NCBI GenBank assembly: GCA_964385465.1
Contig: CAYLPJ010000003.1
Span: 148,626-212,625, forward strand
Source of the DNA: an uncultured Planctomycetaceae bacterium
Lineage (GTDB): Bacteria > Planctomycetota > Phycisphaerae > SM23-33
DNA: 64,000 nt
Reading direction: 5' to 3'
The notes beneath the pieces were generated by a model, which made no database searches, had not been told where the DNA came from, and saw only the letters and a program-made list of their open reading frames with translations. The translations under genes and the position numbers were made by a program. Of the stretch, positions 60,870 through 64,000 are shown piece after piece; position 1 is the first letter of the stretch; each line of letters begins with the position of its first letter.

Positions 60870-60963
60870 GCCGGCACGGATGCCCGGCCACTCCCCGCGA
60901 AGATACGGGCCTGCCGGGCTGCTACAATGAATGGTCCCCTTAGAGGAAGAGGAGGATGCAGAC

Positions 60964-61563
60964 ATGAAATCCGGTTATTGGATCCTGCCCGCGTGTGTGC
61001 TGCTCGCCGCGGCTACCGGCGCGAGGGCGGACTACTTGTTCCACGCCGACAACGTGGTCGGTGCGTTTGCCGGCACGGATTTCGACGTGACGGTGATGCT
61101 CACCTCCGATGACTCCAACGCCGCCGACAGTGTGGTCTTCACCGTGCGGTTCGACCAGCCCGGACTGCTGCTCCGCGGGTACCAGTGGCAGGACGTGTTC
61201 AGCGCGGGCTTCGATCTCAGCGAGCCCGGCGCGGCTGCGCTGAGCGGGGGGCCGGTGTCGATCCTGGCCGACACGCATGAGTCCACCACCTATGTCGGCG
61301 ACATGGATATCTACCTCGACGCCTTCTCTCCGGTAGGCTCGTTCGACAGCGGTCAGCTCGTGACACTCCAACTCAGCGTGCCGTGGGACATGGCGTACGA
61401 CGAGATCACCGCGGACATCCTGCCCGACCAGGTCTACAACGACGGGCAACCCGTCGCCGCGCTGCCCTCATCCTTCACCATCACCCCCGAGCCGGCCGCG
61501 CTCGCCGTGCTGGCCGCCGGAGCCGTCGGGCTGCTCCGTCGGCGGAGGCACCGAGCGGCGTAG
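60964..61563 (+). CDS. PEP-CTERM sorting-domain protein (putative exosortase substrate), secreted
   Basis: ATG at 60964 with a GGAGG 8 nt upstream. N-terminal signal peptide (WILPACVLLAAATGARA). C-terminus 'TITPEPAALAVLAAGAVGLLRRRRHRAA*' is PEP, then a hydrophobic span, then an Arg cluster. Confidence 0.7.
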   Translation: MKSGYWILPACVLLAAATGARADYLFHADNVVGAFAGTDFDVTVMLTSDDSNAADSVVFTVRFDQPGLLLRGYQWQDVFSAGFDLSEPGAAALSGGPVSILADTHESTTYVGDMDIYLDAFSPVGSFDSGQLVTLQLSVPWDMAYDEITADILPDQVYNDGQPVAALPSSFTITPEPAALAVLAAGAVGLLRRRRHRAA

Positions 61564-61569
61564 CGCGTG

Positions 61570-62292
61570 TCAGGTCGCCGAAGACCGGCGCAGCATGTCG
61601 GCTGCTTCGTCCTCGCTCACGTCCCGCCAGTTGCGGTAGGCGTCGGCGACGGCAAACCGCGCGCCGGCTCGGAGATTGGCGCACCACAGTTCGTCGACGT
61701 GCGGGATCAGGTCTTCGGCCGTCGAAGCGGGAGCGGTAGGCACGGCCACAGACACCCTGTCGGGGCCAAGCTTCCGCACCGCCTCGACCGCCAGGCGCAT
61801 GGTGAAGCCGGAGGCCAGCCCGTCGTCAACGAGGATGGCGTCCCGGCCGGTGGGGTCCAGTTCCCCGCGGCCCGGGCGGAGGGCCTGCTGCCGCCGCTGC
61901 ACCTTCTCGCGGGTGGCCTCGATCCGCTCGGCGACGGCCTTGCTGCTGAACCCCAGCCGTCGGAGGAGTGGTTCGTTCATTTCGAGGGTCCCGTCGAACG
62001 CAACCGCGCCGCAGCCTACCTCGGTATTGCCCGGAACCGTGACCTTGCTCACGCAGGCCACGTCCAGCGCCAGGGCCAGGCGCTCGGCCAGGGCCACGGC
62101 GACGGGTACGCCTCCGGCGGGCACGGCCAGGATGAGTGTTCGGCCGGCGTCGCGCCCGCCGAGCAGGTCCGCAAGCACCTCGCCGGCCTGCCGGCGGTCG
62201 CGGAACACGTGCACCTCCTGTCGGTAGTCCGGACAGTCGCGCAGCGTCCCCGGGTACCGGTCCACCAGCGATGCCACGATGCCTTCGGTCAT
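61570..62292 (-). CDS. Phosphoribosyltransferase-domain protein
   Basis: ATG at 62292 (MTEGIVASLVDRYPG). PRPP-binding motif ILVDDGLASGFTM. Confidence 0.75.
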   Translation of the reverse strand: MTEGIVASLVDRYPGTLRDCPDYRQEVHVFRDRRQAGEVLADLLGGRDAGRTLILAVPAGGVPVAVALAERLALALDVACVSKVTVPGNTEVGCGAVAFDGTLEMNEPLLRRLGFSSKAVAERIEATREKVQRRQQALRPGRGELDPTGRDAILVDDGLASGFTMRLAVEAVRKLGPDRVSVAVPTAPASTAEDLIPHVDELWCANLRAGARFAVADAYRNWRDVSEDEAADMLRRSSAT

Positions 62293-62302
62293 TGGGACAC
62301 TC

Positions 62303-63094
62303 TCAGGGCCTGGACTGGCAGTCGGGGCAGAACCACGCCGTCCGGCCATTGACGGTGGCGCTGTCCATCTCCGCGCCGCATCGGGGGCAGGGGGCCTCGG
62401 GGCCGCGGCGGCCCAGCAGCCAGCCCCGCGGGGCCTTGTGCCCGTTGCCGCCCTTGCCGGCGGCCACCCGCAACACCCGCCGCATCGTCTTGTAGAGGTT
62501 GCGGAGGTCACTCTCGTCCATGTTGCCGAGCCGGGCATTCGGGTGGAGGCCGGCCTGGAAGAGGATCTCGTCGGAGTAGACGTTGCCGATTCCCGCGAGG
62601 ATCGACTGGTTCATCAGGGCGCTCTTGGCCGATCCCCGCCGGCCCCGCATCATCTCCACGAACCGCTCGGCGTCGAGGTCGTCGTCGAGGGCATCGGGAC
62701 CCAACTCGTGCTCGGCGGCAAAGGCGCGCGGGTCGTCCGTGTAAGACGCCCGGCCGATCATCCGCTGGGAGATCACCGCCAGCCGATAGCCGTTGTCGAA
62801 GAACAGCGCCAGTCTCGTGTGCCCGGGCAGGACATCGTCGGCCGCGTAGTCCAGCATCCCGGTCATGCCGAAATGGAGGACGAGGTGGCCCCTGCGGCTG
62901 AGGTCCACGAAAAGCCACTTGCCCCGCCGGCATGACCCTTCCAGGCTCTCGCCCTTGAGCCTCCGCTGGAGGGCGCCCCGGGACACGCCCTTGACGAACC
63001 GGTCATCCAGGCACTTGGTGGCCCTGATCGTCTGGTGCAGCGAGGTCGCGTCGAGATAGCGTTTGAAGCCTGCGACGTCGGGCAGTTCAGGCAT
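62303..63094 (-). CDS. mutM: Fpg/Nei family DNA glycosylase (formamidopyrimidine-DNA glycosylase-like)
   Basis: ATG at 63094, N-terminus MPELPDV (catalytic Pro2). H2TH motif NQSILAGIGNVYSDEILFQAGLHP. C-terminal zinc finger CPRCG...CPDCQ. The Fpg versus Nei subtype is not resolved. Confidence 0.8.
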   Translation of the reverse strand: MPELPDVAGFKRYLDATSLHQTIRATKCLDDRFVKGVSRGALQRRLKGESLEGSCRRGKWLFVDLSRRGHLVLHFGMTGMLDYAADDVLPGHTRLALFFDNGYRLAVISQRMIGRASYTDDPRAFAAEHELGPDALDDDLDAERFVEMMRGRRGSAKSALMNQSILAGIGNVYSDEILFQAGLHPNARLGNMDESDLRNLYKTMRRVLRVAAGKGGNGHKAPRGWLLGRRGPEAPCPRCGAEMDSATVNGRTAWFCPDCQSRP

Positions 63095-63323
63095 GGGAGA
63101 GTCCTTCGGGGGTCGGCAGAGCATCGTGTTCATTCCATCGTATACCGAATGTGTGGCCAGTCCCCCCTGCCGCGTTCACCGCCGGACGCGTGGGCCGAGG
63201 GCCGCAACTGCGCGCGGCGGATAGGATGTTTGCGATGCAGGACAGAAACGTGCCCGCGTCGCGGTCCCGGGGATGGGCCGGAGCGGCGCACGGTCAGGCC
63301 CCGTGACCACAAAGGAGCATCTC

Positions 63324-63494
63324 ATGGCCATGACGATTCTCGCCAACGGAGAGATCCTTCCCGAGACATTCGAGTTTCTTCGCGTGGGATGGTGGATCGT
63401 GCACCTGGTCGGGATCCCGGTGGTCGGGTTCGTGGGCTACATGATCGGCAAGGGCAAGGGCGGGAAGTCCGCCCCGCCTGCGCAGGGATCGTGA
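63324..63494 (+). CDS. Small membrane protein (56 aa, one predicted TM helix)
   Basis: AAGGAG RBS 6 nt upstream of the ATG. Hydrophobic stretch LRVGWWIVHLVGIPVVGFVGYMIG followed by a K/G-rich tail. Confidence 0.4.
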   Translation: MAMTILANGEILPETFEFLRVGWWIVHLVGIPVVGFVGYMIGKGKGGKSAPPAQGS

Positions 63495-63662
63495 CGCGAC
63501 GCGAGCGGGGCGGCGGTCCAACCGGCCCGCCGGGGCCCGAGACGCCCACGACCGACAATGCGACGGTCGCCATGGGGAGGGTGTCGCGGAGCAGGTGGCT
63601 GGCCGCGAAGCCGGTGCCGCTCTCTGCCCGCCCAATCGGGCCGTAGGCCGCAGGAGATCGCT

Positions 63663-64000
63663 GTGACCCAACAGAAACCACTATCGCAAGAGGAACTGGA
63701 GTCGTTCCGTCAGAAGCTGCTGGCCCGGCGGGCCGAGATCGTCGGCGACCTGTCCGGCGTCGAGGCCGAGCGGGCCCAGGAAGGCGGCGCGGCTCCTCCG
63801 GGCGCGGCCGCCTCCGACGTGCCCACGCACCAGGCCGACGCCGCCAGCGACGAGCAGATCGCCCATGACGACCTCCAGATCTCCGGGCACGAGCGGGACA
63901 TGATCGCCGAGATCGACGCCGCCATCGAACGCATGAACCGCGGCGAGTACGGACGGTGCCCGGCGGGGGGTTGCGCGATCTCGCGCCGGCGTCTGGAGGC
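63663..64000 (+). CDS. DksA/TraR-family zinc-finger protein, 5' part; the 3' end lies beyond the window
   Basis: GTG at 63663 with an AGGAG 6 nt upstream. An N-terminal coiled-coil-like region (QEELESFRQKLLARRAEIVGDL) is followed by 'EYGRCPAGGCAISRRRLE', resembling the DksA/TraR C4 finger start. The ORF is truncated by the window edge, so it is absent from the supplied track. Confidence 0.5.
   Translation, partial: MTQQKPLSQEELESFRQKLLARRAEIVGDLSGVEAERAQEGGAAPPGAAASDVPTHQADAASDEQIAHDDLQISGHERDMIAEIDAAIERMNRGEYGRCPAGGCAISRRRLE

Noticed and set aside
1-64000. tRNA, rRNA, CRISPR arrays, IS elements and integrases
   Set aside because: I scanned the intergenic gaps (6239-6461, 11086-11408, 13474-13645, 19180-19943, 60870-60963, 63095-63323, 63495-63662) for T-loop GTTCRA motifs, direct-repeat arrays or terminal inverted repeats and found none. 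No transposase-like or integrase-like ORF is present.

Overview
The window is a 64 kb, high-GC (~68-70%) bacterial chromosomal segment that looks like Planctomycetota: two sulfatases and a giant surface protein with a LEPRLLLS-type N-terminal motif and a dockerin-like C-terminus. The left 19 kb is ordinary, mostly housekeeping content, but largely Planctomycete-typical. It holds a Fe-type alcohol dehydrogenase 3' end, a secreted GH-like protein, two convergent sulfatases (one TAT-secreted, one without a signal peptide), a GNAT acetyltransferase, a lipoprotein CX5R phosphatase, and a translationally coupled RND efflux operon (membrane fusion protein - RND pump - small P-II-like protein). It also holds a rhodanese, an SDR epimerase, lipB, and a complete pyruvate dehydrogenase operon on the minus strand in the order lpd - aceE - aceF. 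The centre of the window (19944..60869, + strand) is a single uninterrupted 40,926-nt gene encoding a ~13,640-aa protein. This is the most striking element. Its recognisable parts, in order, are: a Planctomycete-type N-terminal motif; ~1,700 aa of acidic D/L-rich degenerate repeats; parallel beta-helix-like stalk segments; RTX-type Ca-binding nonapeptide repeats; about 12 tandem 110-150-aa modules each ending in a [ST]SxNADLLGL motif; short ~11-13-residue repeats; an aromatic-rich globular region ending in a cysteine-less canonical C-type lectin domain that retains the EPN/WND Ca2+/sugar-site residues; a ~950-aa coiled coil; an FG-GAP (integrin-alpha-type) propeller; an Ig-like domain; and a dockerin-like C-terminus. 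A small PEP-CTERM (exosortase-substrate) protein gene follows directly downstream. After that come a phosphoribosyltransferase, an Fpg/Nei DNA glycosylase, a small membrane protein and the 5' end of a DksA/TraR-like gene. The many long antisense and out-of-frame ORFs in the supplied track are high-GC artefacts. I found no tRNA, rRNA, CRISPR or mobile element.
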